From: an uncultured bacterium
Lineage (GTDB): Bacteria; Krumholzibacteriota; Krumholzibacteriia; LZORAL124-64-63
Reading direction: 5' to 3'
Assembly (NCBI GenBank): GCA_963727525.1
Contig: CAVSGO010000003.1
Coordinates: 192,001-256,000, forward strand
Length of the DNA stretch: 64,000 nucleotides
Shown here: positions 40,481 through 49,551 of the stretch, one piece after another
How the letters are laid out: each line of letters opens with the position of its first letter
How positions within the stretch are numbered: the first letter of the stretch is position 1
Translations under genes and position numbers: made by a program
The notes under the pieces: generated by a model
Told to the model about the DNA's origin: nothing
What the model saw: only the letters and a program-made list of their open reading frames with translations
Databases searched by the model: none

Positions 40481-43114
40481 TCATTCGAGTTGAACGTCGA
40501 CGACACTCCACTCGCCATCGACGGCTCGTAGTTTCCAGGTGAATGCGAGCCGATACGGATCCGAACTCACGCGACTGCCATTCTTGTAGTAGAGCGAGGC
40601 CGTGAGCGTGACGGTGGCCGATTCGTGATCGTCGCCCAGGAGGATCTCGCTGTGGCGATCCTGCAGGGATGCGGCCGACTCGATCAGCTCTCGCCAGTTC
40701 TCGTCCTGCGCATCGCTCCAGTGCAGGATCGACTTGAAGCGCTGATAGTCACCTTTGGCGATGCTCGCGAAGAACGACTCGACCAGATCGGTGATCTCGG
40801 CTCTGGCGGCGCGGTCGTCGTTCGCGGCTGTGGCCAGCTGAAGTTCCCCCGCAGCCGCGTGATAGAGGTCGGCGGCTGCGCCGTATCTGTGCTGCGCGAG
40901 TTCGTAGTCCTTCTTCGCGAAGGCTCGGTCACCGGCCACCGCGGCGGATTCGGCTTCGCCGTACTTCGGACTCCGCGATCGGCTATCGGCGGGGTAGGGC
41001 GCAAGTGCCTTGCGCGCACCATCCATGGACTTCCGCGCCGCCTCGGCTCCGGCCTTATCGCGAGCCCGCGAGGCTTCGCCCGCCGCGGCCGCCCTGGCGG
41101 CAGCGCTGTCGAAACCCGAGGTTGCCTGCGCAAAGAGCTTGTCGGCGCGTCGGTATGCGTCGGTGGATTCCTGGGAGAGGAGCGCCTCCGCCTGGTCCGC
41201 GAGGTCGCGCGCGCGTCGGTATTCGGCCGACGCGGTCGCGGCGTCGCCGGCCCTGTCGGCCGCGGCTCGGGCGCGGGTCATGGCGTCCCGCGACGCCGCG
41301 GCGCCGGTCTTCGACTCCGCGATTCGCTTCGACGCCGCTTCCGCCACCAAGCGGGATCGGGTCGCCTCGGCCCCGTCGAGCGCGCGCGCGGCGTCGGCGT
41401 AGAGGCCCTCGGCGGAGGTGAAACCCTGCAGCGCCGTGTCGTACTGACCCTGGGCGAAGGACCGGGTCGCGTTTTCGGCCAGGTTCCCGGCCCGCTGGAA
41501 GATCGCAGCCGCCGCGGGCACGTCGTCATAGTCCCCGGCGGCCCGCGCGTCCCGGGCCGCCAACATCGCAGTCTGTGCGCTGGCCGCCGCGGCCGCGACG
41601 TTCACCCCGCTGTCGGCGGGAGTGTCGGCGGGATGTCCCCTGTCCGCCAAAGCGGCACTCGTGTCGCGGTCCAGAGTCGCCACGGCATGGTCGCGGGTGC
41701 TCGGCGCGGCCCCGCTCCGGTCGGAACCGGACGACCGCGGCCAGAAGATGGCGACCGCGGCCAGGGCCGCCAGCACCAGCGCCGCGGCGATACCCACATA
41801 CTTCGTCGTCGGTCGCTTCGCGGTCGCATGCTGCGCCTGCGGCGCGGGAGGGTGTTTCGGCGGAGGCGGTGGTACGACCGCGTCTCGCGGCGGCGGCGGC
41901 GGCGGGGGCGCTGGTGCGGCGGCGAACACCTTCGTCTCGTCGCTCCCGGCGGTGCGCGGCGCCGACGGTTCCGGTTTCGGTGGGGATGACGCGGGGACCA
42001 GCATCACCCCCGACTCTTCCGCCTTCTTCCGGAGTTCCTGCAGCTCATTCCCGGCGCGGGGATGGTTGGCGTCGAGCGAGAGCACGAACGTGAACTCCCG
42101 GACCGCATCGCCGATCGACGACAGGCCGAGATTCTTGAAGTAAAAGCCGCGTTTCAGATAGCCGTCGATCGCCAGCGTCTGCAGCTCGTCCGAGAACGCG
42201 GCCGGCGCCTCGGCGAAGCGAGCCATGTACTCGCGCTTGTGCTTCAGCACGTTGCCATTGACGTCGATGCTCTCCAGCGCCGCCGTCAGGGCGCGGAGAA
42301 CCTGGTCCATCGACTGGAAGCGCCGCGCCGGATCCTTGGCCAGCATCTTCGCGAGGAGGTGGCCGATTTCCGGGGTGTATCGCGGACAGTTCTCCACACC
42401 GAGCTGCGGCATCTCCGCGTTGATGATCTGTTCCTGAACGTCGGCGATCGATTTCCCGGTGAACGGCTTGTGTCCGATGATGAGCTGAAACGCCATGACA
42501 CCGAGCGAGAAGATGTCGGTGCGCACGTCCACCTTGCCGCCGGCCGCTTGCTCGGGCGCCATGTAGGACGGCGTACCGACGACCCGACTCGGCATCGTCA
42601 GATCCTGGGCGGATTGCCAGTTCACCCCGTCGACATCGCGAGCGAGACCGAAATCCGTCAATTTCACGAAACCCGTCGAGCTTAGCAGGACGTTGCTCGG
42701 TTTGACGTCGCGGTGGATGATCCCTTGCTTGTGCGCGACCTGGAGCCCGTAGGCGACTTCCTGGAGGATCGGTAAAGCGATTTCCAGGGGAAACCGCGCG
42801 CCTTCGCGCTCGATCACGACCTCGTTGAAGACCTTGCCGAGATCCGCGCCATCGATGTACGGCATCACGATGAAGAAGATGTCGTTCTCGCTGCCGAAGT
42901 CGATGACGTTCACGATGTTGTCGTGATTCAACGACGAGGCGGCGCGGGCTTCGCGCTCGAAGCGCGCGATGAATTCGTCGTCGCCGCTCAGGCTCGGATG
43001 CAGGACCTTGATCGCCACGGGATAGCCGAGGGTGCTGTGGTGGCCCATGAACACGGTCGACATGCCGCCGGCACCGATCTTGTGTCCGAGCGTGAAGCCA
43101 TGGAAGGTGTTCAC
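40481..43114 (-). CDS. Membrane-anchored Hanks-type Ser/Thr protein kinase
   Basis: GAGGMS, VAIK, HRDVKPSN, DFGLA, GTPSYMAPE; Pro-rich linker, one TM helix, Ala-rich helical exterior domain. Confidence 0.93.
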   Translation of the reverse strand: MNTFHGFTLGHKIGAGGMSTVFMGHHSTLGYPVAIKVLHPSLSGDDEFIARFEREARAASSLNHDNIVNVIDFGSENDIFFIVMPYIDGADLGKVFNEVVIEREGARFPLEIALPILQEVAYGLQVAHKQGIIHRDVKPSNVLLSSTGFVKLTDFGLARDVDGVNWQSAQDLTMPSRVVGTPSYMAPEQAAGGKVDVRTDIFSLGVMAFQLIIGHKPFTGKSIADVQEQIINAEMPQLGVENCPRYTPEIGHLLAKMLAKDPARRFQSMDQVLRALTAALESIDVNGNVLKHKREYMARFAEAPAAFSDELQTLAIDGYLKRGFYFKNLGLSSIGDAVREFTFVLSLDANHPRAGNELQELRKKAEESGVMLVPASSPPKPEPSAPRTAGSDETKVFAAAPAPPPPPPPRDAVVPPPPPKHPPAPQAQHATAKRPTTKYVGIAAALVLAALAAVAIFWPRSSGSDRSGAAPSTRDHAVATLDRDTSAALADRGHPADTPADSGVNVAAAAASAQTAMLAARDARAAGDYDDVPAAAAIFQRAGNLAENATRSFAQGQYDTALQGFTSAEGLYADAARALDGAEATRSRLVAEAASKRIAESKTGAAASRDAMTRARAAADRAGDAATASAEYRRARDLADQAEALLSQESTDAYRRADKLFAQATSGFDSAAARAAAAGEASRARDKAGAEAARKSMDGARKALAPYPADSRSRSPKYGEAESAAVAGDRAFAKKDYELAQHRYGAAADLYHAAAGELQLATAANDDRAARAEITDLVESFFASIAKGDYQRFKSILHWSDAQDENWRELIESAASLQDRHSEILLGDDHESATVTLTASLYYKNGSRVSSDPYRLAFTWKLRAVDGEWSVVDVQLE

Positions 43115-43630
43115 CGAGCCCTCGGCCCTCTCCGGAGATCAACAAGCAGTGTGGAGTCACGATGCGAAACTGTCGCGTGGCGTGGCGAAAGCGAAATCCT
43201 ATGAAAAATATCTGAAATTGGCAATACGGGTTCTCTTCGGCCCCCGGCCGCGGATGCACGATCATCCTCCTTTTTCGTGAGAACAGGAACTTCCTCGGCG
43301 TCCGTGAACGACTCGCCGCTCGGCCCGCAAGGTTGCGTGGTGGTTCCGTGAGCGTTCACCTATCACGGGCATCTGCCCGAGGCGTTGTAATGAGATCCTT
43401 CGTGATATCGCGTTTTCGTCGATGCCGGTAGCGGCGCAAGTTTCGATCCACCAGCGCCGCCCGTGTGCAGACCATGCAGGGGATCCCCTATCGGCGTCGG
43501 ACATCCGGGCGCCACAGGCCTATGTCGGCACCATGAAAACACAATTCGGAGTCTTATTCACTGGATTTATTGCCTGCCTCGTTTTTAGGATGGTCGAGCT
43601 CCCATCATAAACTGCATAAGGAGGTTTCCC

Positions 43631-46027
43631 ATGTCTCGCCCCAAACTCGCCCGTGCCCTCGGCGCCCTTGCGCTGTTGACGCTCGTGGTCCTTTGCATCC
43701 CATCCACGGCCCATGCCCAGACTCCCGACCCGTCGTTCTGGATGGCCAACAACACCGTCCGCGCCATCGCCCGGACGAACGACACGGTGTACATCGGCGG
43801 CAATTTCTCGCAGGTCTATCCCTATACTGGTGGTGGCGCGTCCATCGACGTGAACACGCGCATGCCGGCGTATCCGTTTCCCCGCGTCACCGGGACCGTG
43901 TATGCCGCCACGCCCGATGGAACCGGAGGCTGGTACATAGGCGGCGACTTCGACGCGGTGGGCGCCTTCCCGCGCGCGAACCTCGCCCACATCGCCGCCG
44001 ACGGTTCCGTCACCGACTGGGATCCCGATGCGAACAACGTCGTACGCGCCATCGTCGTGACGCCCGACGGCATCATCGTCGGCGGCTTTTTCACGTTCAT
44101 CGGGAATCAGACGCGCAACCGAATCGGCATGATCGACGCCACGACCGGACTCGCGCTCGCCTGGAATCCCAACGCGAACAACGCCGTCTACACGATGGTT
44201 CGTGACGGGTCGTCGCTGTACGTCGGCGGTTCGTTCTCCAACATCGGCGGCCAGGCGCGCCTGCGTCTCGCGGAATTCTCGCTGGCGAGTGGCAATACGA
44301 CGGCCTGGGATCCGCAATGCAACGGCATCGTCTACGCCATCGCGCTCACCGCGGGATCCGTGTACACCGGCGGCGCCTTCACCACCGTCGGCGGGCAGGC
44401 GCGCAACCGTATCGCCGAGGTCTCGCGCACCACGGGGTTGCCCACGAGCTGGGATCCCAACGCGAACAACGCGGTCTGGTCGTTCGTCATCGACGGTTCC
44501 ACCGTTTACGCCGGGGGGGCGTTCACGAGCATCGGCGGCGAGGTCCGCGGGCACATCGCCGCGTTGGATGCCGGCACGGGCGCGGCGCTCTTCTGGAATC
44601 CGAACGCCAACAGCACGGTATACAGCATGGTGCGCAACGGGTCGCTGCTCTACGTCGGTGGTGGCTTCACCAGTGTCGCCGGCACGACGCGCCTGCACTT
44701 CGCCGCCGTCGATCTCGTCTCGGGCGACGTGAACGACTGGGAGTCCAATGCCAACAACCAGATCAACACGCTCACCCTCGACGGAACCTCGCTCTATGCG
44801 GGCGGCGCCTTCACGACGATCGGCGGCCAGACGCGCAACCGCATCGCGGCGCTCGACGCAGTCACCGGTGTGCTCAAGGACTGGAATCCGAACGCGAACA
44901 ACCAGGTCTACAGCATCGTCCCCGACGGGGATACCGTCTACGTCGGCGGTGCCTTCACGAATATCGGGGGCCAGGTCCGCAATCGACTCGCCGCCCTCGA
45001 TGCGACCTCCGGCCTCGCCCTGATCTGGAATCCCAACCCCAACAGCACCGTGCAGACGATGCTCCTCGATGGCACGAACCTCTACGCCGGCGGGCTGTTC
45101 ACGCAGATCGGCGGTCAGACCCGCGCCCGGCTCGCGATGGTCGACGCGCAGACGGGCGTCGTCAGCGCCTGGGAACCGGCACCGAACGGCACGGTCAATG
45201 ATCTGGTGAAAGTGGGCAGCACCCTCTATGTCGGCGGTACGTTCACGACCATAGGCGGCGCGACGCGCAACCGTCTCGCGGCCGTCAATGCCACGACGGG
45301 CACGGCGACGAGCTGGGATCCTGCGCTGAACAACACCGTCAACACGATCGCGGTGGACGGGACCACCATCTACGCCGGCGGCTCGTTCACGATGGTTGGC
45401 ACCGAAACCCGCAATCGCCTCGCCGCGATCAGCACCACGACGGGCCAGGCGACCGCGTGGAATCCGGACGCCAACAACGTCGTGAACGATCTGGTGGTGG
45501 ACAACGGCGACGTCCTCGTGGGCGGCTCCTTCAACTTCATCGGCGGTCAGACCCGCAACCGGCTGGCGCGCATCGCCCCCGATGGCCTCGCGGTGTTCGA
45601 CTGGGATCCCAATGCGAACAACGTGGTCTACGCCATGCTGGGAAGCGCGACGTCGCTCTTCACTGGTGGCAATTTCAATCAGATCGCGGGCGTGTATGCC
45701 CAGGGCCTCGCCTGGCTCAAGGTCGAGGGCACGGCGGTTCCGCAGGGAGAGCAACTCCTTGCCAACGCGCTCGGTCTGTCGTTCCACCCGAATCCGGCCG
45801 CCTCGCACACGACGGCGAGCTTCGCCCTGCGGCGGCCTGCCTCCGTATCGCTGGCGATCTATGACGTGCGCGGGCGACGGGTCGCCACCGTCGAGTCCCA
45901 TGCGCAGCGCGAGGCCGGTCGGCAGGAGATCGGCTTCGACCTCGACCAGCTCAGCAGCGGCGTGTACTTCGCGCGATTGAACACGAGCGCGGGAGCGGCC
46001 GTGCAGAAATTCCTCGTGGTGAAGTGA
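43631..46027 (+). CDS. Secreted tandem-repeat beta-propeller protein with T9SS-like CTD
   Basis: AAGGAGG RBS; signal peptide; 14 GG-x-F units of about 48 aa (W(D/N)PNANN...YVGG-x-FT-x-IGGQ-x-RNRLA); CTD PNPA...SGVYF...KFLVVK. Confidence 0.9.
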   Translation: MSRPKLARALGALALLTLVVLCIPSTAHAQTPDPSFWMANNTVRAIARTNDTVYIGGNFSQVYPYTGGGASIDVNTRMPAYPFPRVTGTVYAATPDGTGGWYIGGDFDAVGAFPRANLAHIAADGSVTDWDPDANNVVRAIVVTPDGIIVGGFFTFIGNQTRNRIGMIDATTGLALAWNPNANNAVYTMVRDGSSLYVGGSFSNIGGQARLRLAEFSLASGNTTAWDPQCNGIVYAIALTAGSVYTGGAFTTVGGQARNRIAEVSRTTGLPTSWDPNANNAVWSFVIDGSTVYAGGAFTSIGGEVRGHIAALDAGTGAALFWNPNANSTVYSMVRNGSLLYVGGGFTSVAGTTRLHFAAVDLVSGDVNDWESNANNQINTLTLDGTSLYAGGAFTTIGGQTRNRIAALDAVTGVLKDWNPNANNQVYSIVPDGDTVYVGGAFTNIGGQVRNRLAALDATSGLALIWNPNPNSTVQTMLLDGTNLYAGGLFTQIGGQTRARLAMVDAQTGVVSAWEPAPNGTVNDLVKVGSTLYVGGTFTTIGGATRNRLAAVNATTGTATSWDPALNNTVNTIAVDGTTIYAGGSFTMVGTETRNRLAAISTTTGQATAWNPDANNVVNDLVVDNGDVLVGGSFNFIGGQTRNRLARIAPDGLAVFDWDPNANNVVYAMLGSATSLFTGGNFNQIAGVYAQGLAWLKVEGTAVPQGEQLLANALGLSFHPNPAASHTTASFALRRPASVSLAIYDVRGRRVATVESHAQREAGRQEIGFDLDQLSSGVYFARLNTSAGAAVQKFLVVK

Positions 46028-46053
46028 TCCGGACACCGGTCGGTCACGGATGG

Positions 46054-46086
46054 CAAGACCCGTCGGCGCGATCGCGACGGGTCTTG
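46054..46086. terminator. Hairpin between convergent genes
   Basis: 12-bp stem CAAGACCCGTCG/CGACGGGTCTTG. Confidence 0.6.
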
Positions 46087-46107
46087 TGCCATGCGCGGGG
46101 AGCGATC

Positions 46108-47687
46108 TCAGCGTTCCCCGACGGCGACCGCCACCGGCCGTGGTGCCGGCACCAGCGCCGGCGCCACGGCGAAGGCGCCCAGGGCGGGATCCGGCTGATC
46201 ATCGCGGGCCTCGCCGCGCTGATGCACGAGGTACTGCCGCGTCACCGGGTGGTTCGCGGCAGTGGCGGCGAGGGGCCCGGCTTCTCCGAGCAGCGGCGCA
46301 TCGACGCGCGGTGCCAGCGCCCAGTTGCCGAGATCCACGAAACCCGGGTCGGAGCCGACGACGCAGTCCTGCGTCGCGAGGCTGCCATTCGGTGCACCGT
46401 CGTGGCTGTCTACCCAACCTTCCGTCAGCCAGCAGTGCGAGAGCGAGGCCACGCCGGCATCGGCGCGGATGGCGAGATGCGAACCGCTGGCGGTGACGTG
46501 CACCACGCAGTTGCGCACGTCGGCGTGCTCGTCGTCGGTGGACAGACGCAGCAACGTGGTGTTACCCGTGCGCGTGGAGACGATGGTGTTGTGGTAAAAA
46601 TAGAGCGTGCCCTTGCGATACCAGTCGGTGTCGCCGCTGTCGCCACCGTAGTGGAGGATCTGCGAGTTGCCCGTGTTCTCCGTCTCGAGCAGCACGTTGC
46701 CGTAGACCAGCGTGGTGAGGTAGCGCGGGTCGTCGCGCAGCGCCTGATGATCGGTGTCGACGAGGTCGAGCTGGCGATTGCCCGCCTCGATCCAGTTGTA
46801 GCGGATCACCGTGCCGGCCGAGCGATCCTTGAGATTGTTGCCGCCGCAGTCGGGGCGCAGGGGGCCGTAGCGGTTGTACTCGAAGAGGATGCCGAGGCAC
46901 TCGGTGTACGAGTTGTGCTCGTAGATGCTGCCCTCGATGCCGTTGGCGTGCACGAAATTGCCACGCACGCTGAGGTCGCTCACCTCGGCGCCGGCGAACA
47001 GGCCGTTGCCGCAGTCGGAGATCTCGCAGTCCTCGATCGTGATGTGTGCGCCGATCTCCACGTGCACGGCGGCGGCATTGCTGTTGTAGGTCCCCGCGTT
47101 GCCCGCGTCGTCGGTGAACGTGTAGCCGGGGCGCCCGCTGCGGATGTCGAGGCCCTGGATGAATACCCACGCGGGCACGAGATCGTCGGTCGGCAGGTTC
47201 GAGCCACCCACCTTCACCACCGAGCGCCCCTCGTTCCAGTAATCGAGGGCCAGACGCGTGGTGGCGCCGTCGCCGCTGATCATGGGGCGCGCGCCCGTCG
47301 TGTCGTCGCGCAGGCCGAGTACCACCAGCGGCGCCGACTCCGTGCCGACCGTGTTCACCACCCACTTGCAGCGGTAGGGCTCGTTGCGATGGTGAATCCG
47401 CACCAGCGTGGACGGTGCCAGCGCCTCCCAGGGCACGTCGTTCGGCGTGGCGTACTGCTCACCGGGGCCGACGTCGAGCACGATGTCGAACGTCGCCGGT
47501 TCCCAGGTATGGAAGCCCACATCGCTGGCGCCGGGCGGCGGGGATGGGGCGATCCGCCATCGCCAGGACCGGTGGGGTCGTCGCCGCCGCAACCGGCCAG
47601 CATGAGTCCCGTGGCGAGCGCGATCGCGAGGTGCCATCTCTTGGTCGGTAATGTGCTCTTGGTCGATAATGTGGGCCTGGTGGTCAT
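46108..47687 (-). CDS. Lipoprotein with right-handed beta-helix (putative polysaccharide-degrading enzyme), frameshifted near 47540-47549
   Basis: Signal peptide, lipobox LAGC and AGGAG RBS lie in frame 47355-47696; the body (EHNSYTE, GNNLKDRSAG, NRQLDLVD) lies in frame 46108-47766. Confidence 0.75.
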
Positions 47688-47808
47688 CGTGCACATCTCC
47701 TGGCTGGACGCCCGGTTGGCGGTGCAAGCAAGGCACGGGCCCGGGTCGGCTGCTCACGCACACCATATTGCCGCCGGCCTTGACGCCCCATACGCCGTAT
47801 TCCCATTC

Positions 47809-47837
47809 TTGACTGCGACGGGCCGGTCGCCTACAAT
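47809..47837 (+). promoter_or_regulatory. Near-consensus sigma70 promoter of the GH16 operon
   Basis: TTGACT-17 nt-TACAAT. Confidence 0.75.
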
Positions 47838-47857
47838 GTTCGGAGACAGAACAAAGT
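47833..47857. promoter_or_regulatory. Putative ROK-repressor operator
   Basis: Imperfect 25-bp palindrome ACAATGTTCGGAGACAGAACAAAGT overlapping the -10 and +1 positions. Confidence 0.55.
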
Positions 47858-47885
47858 TCGCATTCACCCGATGGGCGGGCCAGAC

Positions 47886-49490
47886 ATGACCCTGACGCGT
47901 GTAAACCGGACCATCCTGGGGCTTGGTGCCCTCGCGCTCCTGCTGGCGAGCCAGGCCAGCGGCCAGTGCATCCTCGCGAACCCCAGCTTCGAGCTGCTCG
48001 GGCAGGGCGGTGCCGCTTTCGGCGGCTGGAATCAGTTCGGTGTGGTGGGCGTGTCGAGCCAGGCGGTCCACGGGTCGCGCGCGGCGCAGGTCACCGGGCT
48101 CGACCAGGGCGGCTGGGACGTCTCGGCCGTGTGGCAGCCGCTCGACTGCGCCCCCGGCGAGCAGTGGCACGTGTCGGTGCAGGTACAGCATGCGTCCGCG
48201 CAGCCCCTCACCGATCAGTCGCTGGCCATCGTGAATCTGGAATGGCGCGACGGCGGCGGGAATCTCATCAACTACGAGTCGCACACGGCCGCCGACGCCT
48301 CCACTCCCACCGACAGTTACCAGGCGTACAGCGTTGACAGCGGCCCGGCGCCCGACGGGACGGCGTCCGTGCGCCTGCTGCTGGGCGTGCTGCAGGCGCC
48401 GGGCGATCCAGTGCCCGTGGTCACCTTCGACCTCGCCGAGATCACCAGCCTCTCGTCGCCCACGCTCGACGAGATCCAGTGGAACGACTTTCCGGGCGGC
48501 CGCACGCTCGACTTCGCCGGCCGCACTTGGCGCGTGAAGGGACCCGGCTACTATGGCCCCGGTCCCAACCTCTTCAGCGACAACCCCGCCAACGTGTGGG
48601 TCGATGCCCAGCAGCGCCTGCACCTGACGAACACGCAGGTGGGCAGCAACTGGTACAGCACCGAGGTGGCGCTGGTCGATGCGCTGGGATACGGCGATTA
48701 CGTCTTCACCACCCAGGGCGCGCTCGATCAGCTCGATCCCGCCGTGGTGTGCGGGTTCTTCCTCTGGCAGTATGGCCCATGCTACGACTCGGGATACCTC
48801 TGGTGGAATCCCTACAACGAGATCGACGTGGAGTTCAGCTACTGGGGCAATCCGGGTATCGGCGTCGCCCAGTTCGTGGCGCAGCCCGCCGACTACCCGG
48901 GCAACGTGAGTCGTTTCGATGCGACGTTCGGTGCCGACGAGGTCACTAGCCACGCCTTCCGCTGGCTGCCCGATCGCGTGGAGTACCGCAGCTGGCGCGG
49001 CGGACCGGCCGACGAGAATACGGGCACCCTGATCCACGCCTGGACGTACACCGGTCCGCATATCCCGCGGCCGGAGCAGCCGCGTGTCCATCTGAACCTC
49101 TGGCGCTTCTCCAATCCCCCGGCCACGAACCAGGAGGTGATCCTCACGGACTTCACCTTCGTGCCCGAGGGCACCGCGATCGGTGTGCCCGACCCGACCG
49201 CGCTCGCCGCGGCGCCGGCCCACCTGGACGCGGCGGCGCCGAATCCGTTCAACCCCCGCACGACGATCCGTTACACTCTGCGTGGCGACGGTCCCGTGAC
49301 GCTGGTCGTTTTCGATGTGCAGGGGCGCCGCGTACGCACCCTCGTGGATGGCGCCGTCCCGGCCGGGACCCACGCCGTCACCTGGGACGGGCGCGACGAC
49401 GTGGGCGCGGGGATGCCCTCGGGCCTGTACCTGGTTCAGCTTCGCAGCGGCCGCGTCGTGGAGACGCGGCGGATGACGCTGGTCCGCTAG
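47886..49490 (+). CDS. Secreted GH16-like glycoside hydrolase with N-terminal CBM-like domain and FlgD-Ig/T9SS-like CTD
   Basis: Signal peptide; LANPSFE; NEIDVEF (E-x-D-x-E); CTD APNPFNP...WDGRDD...TLVR. Confidence 0.8.
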   Translation: MTLTRVNRTILGLGALALLLASQASGQCILANPSFELLGQGGAAFGGWNQFGVVGVSSQAVHGSRAAQVTGLDQGGWDVSAVWQPLDCAPGEQWHVSVQVQHASAQPLTDQSLAIVNLEWRDGGGNLINYESHTAADASTPTDSYQAYSVDSGPAPDGTASVRLLLGVLQAPGDPVPVVTFDLAEITSLSSPTLDEIQWNDFPGGRTLDFAGRTWRVKGPGYYGPGPNLFSDNPANVWVDAQQRLHLTNTQVGSNWYSTEVALVDALGYGDYVFTTQGALDQLDPAVVCGFFLWQYGPCYDSGYLWWNPYNEIDVEFSYWGNPGIGVAQFVAQPADYPGNVSRFDATFGADEVTSHAFRWLPDRVEYRSWRGGPADENTGTLIHAWTYTGPHIPRPEQPRVHLNLWRFSNPPATNQEVILTDFTFVPEGTAIGVPDPTALAAAPAHLDAAAPNPFNPRTTIRYTLRGDGPVTLVVFDVQGRRVRTLVDGAVPAGTHAVTWDGRDDVGAGMPSGLYLVQLRSGRVVETRRMTLVR

Positions 49491-49551
49491 TGCCGCTCAC
49501 ACGCGCGGCGCGGCGCCCATTGCCACGGCTCGAACGTCACGGAGGCACGTC

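Noticed and set aside
43270..43390. Possible structured RNA or riboswitch between the kinase and propeller genes
   Set aside because: Some pairing and a GCAA loop, but no recognisable family consensus; compatible with chance at this GC content.
43533..43610. Small hydrophobic ORF MKTQFGVLF...
   Set aside because: No RBS and atypical AT-rich codons; more likely promoter DNA.
43900..45700. Periodic DNA repeats as a CRISPR array
   Set aside because: In-frame 144-bp degenerate coding repeats; no identical repeats with unique spacers and no cas genes.
47641..47676. Imperfect 18-bp tandem duplication in the signal-peptide n-region
   Set aside because: Only two degenerate copies, in frame, with no evident function.
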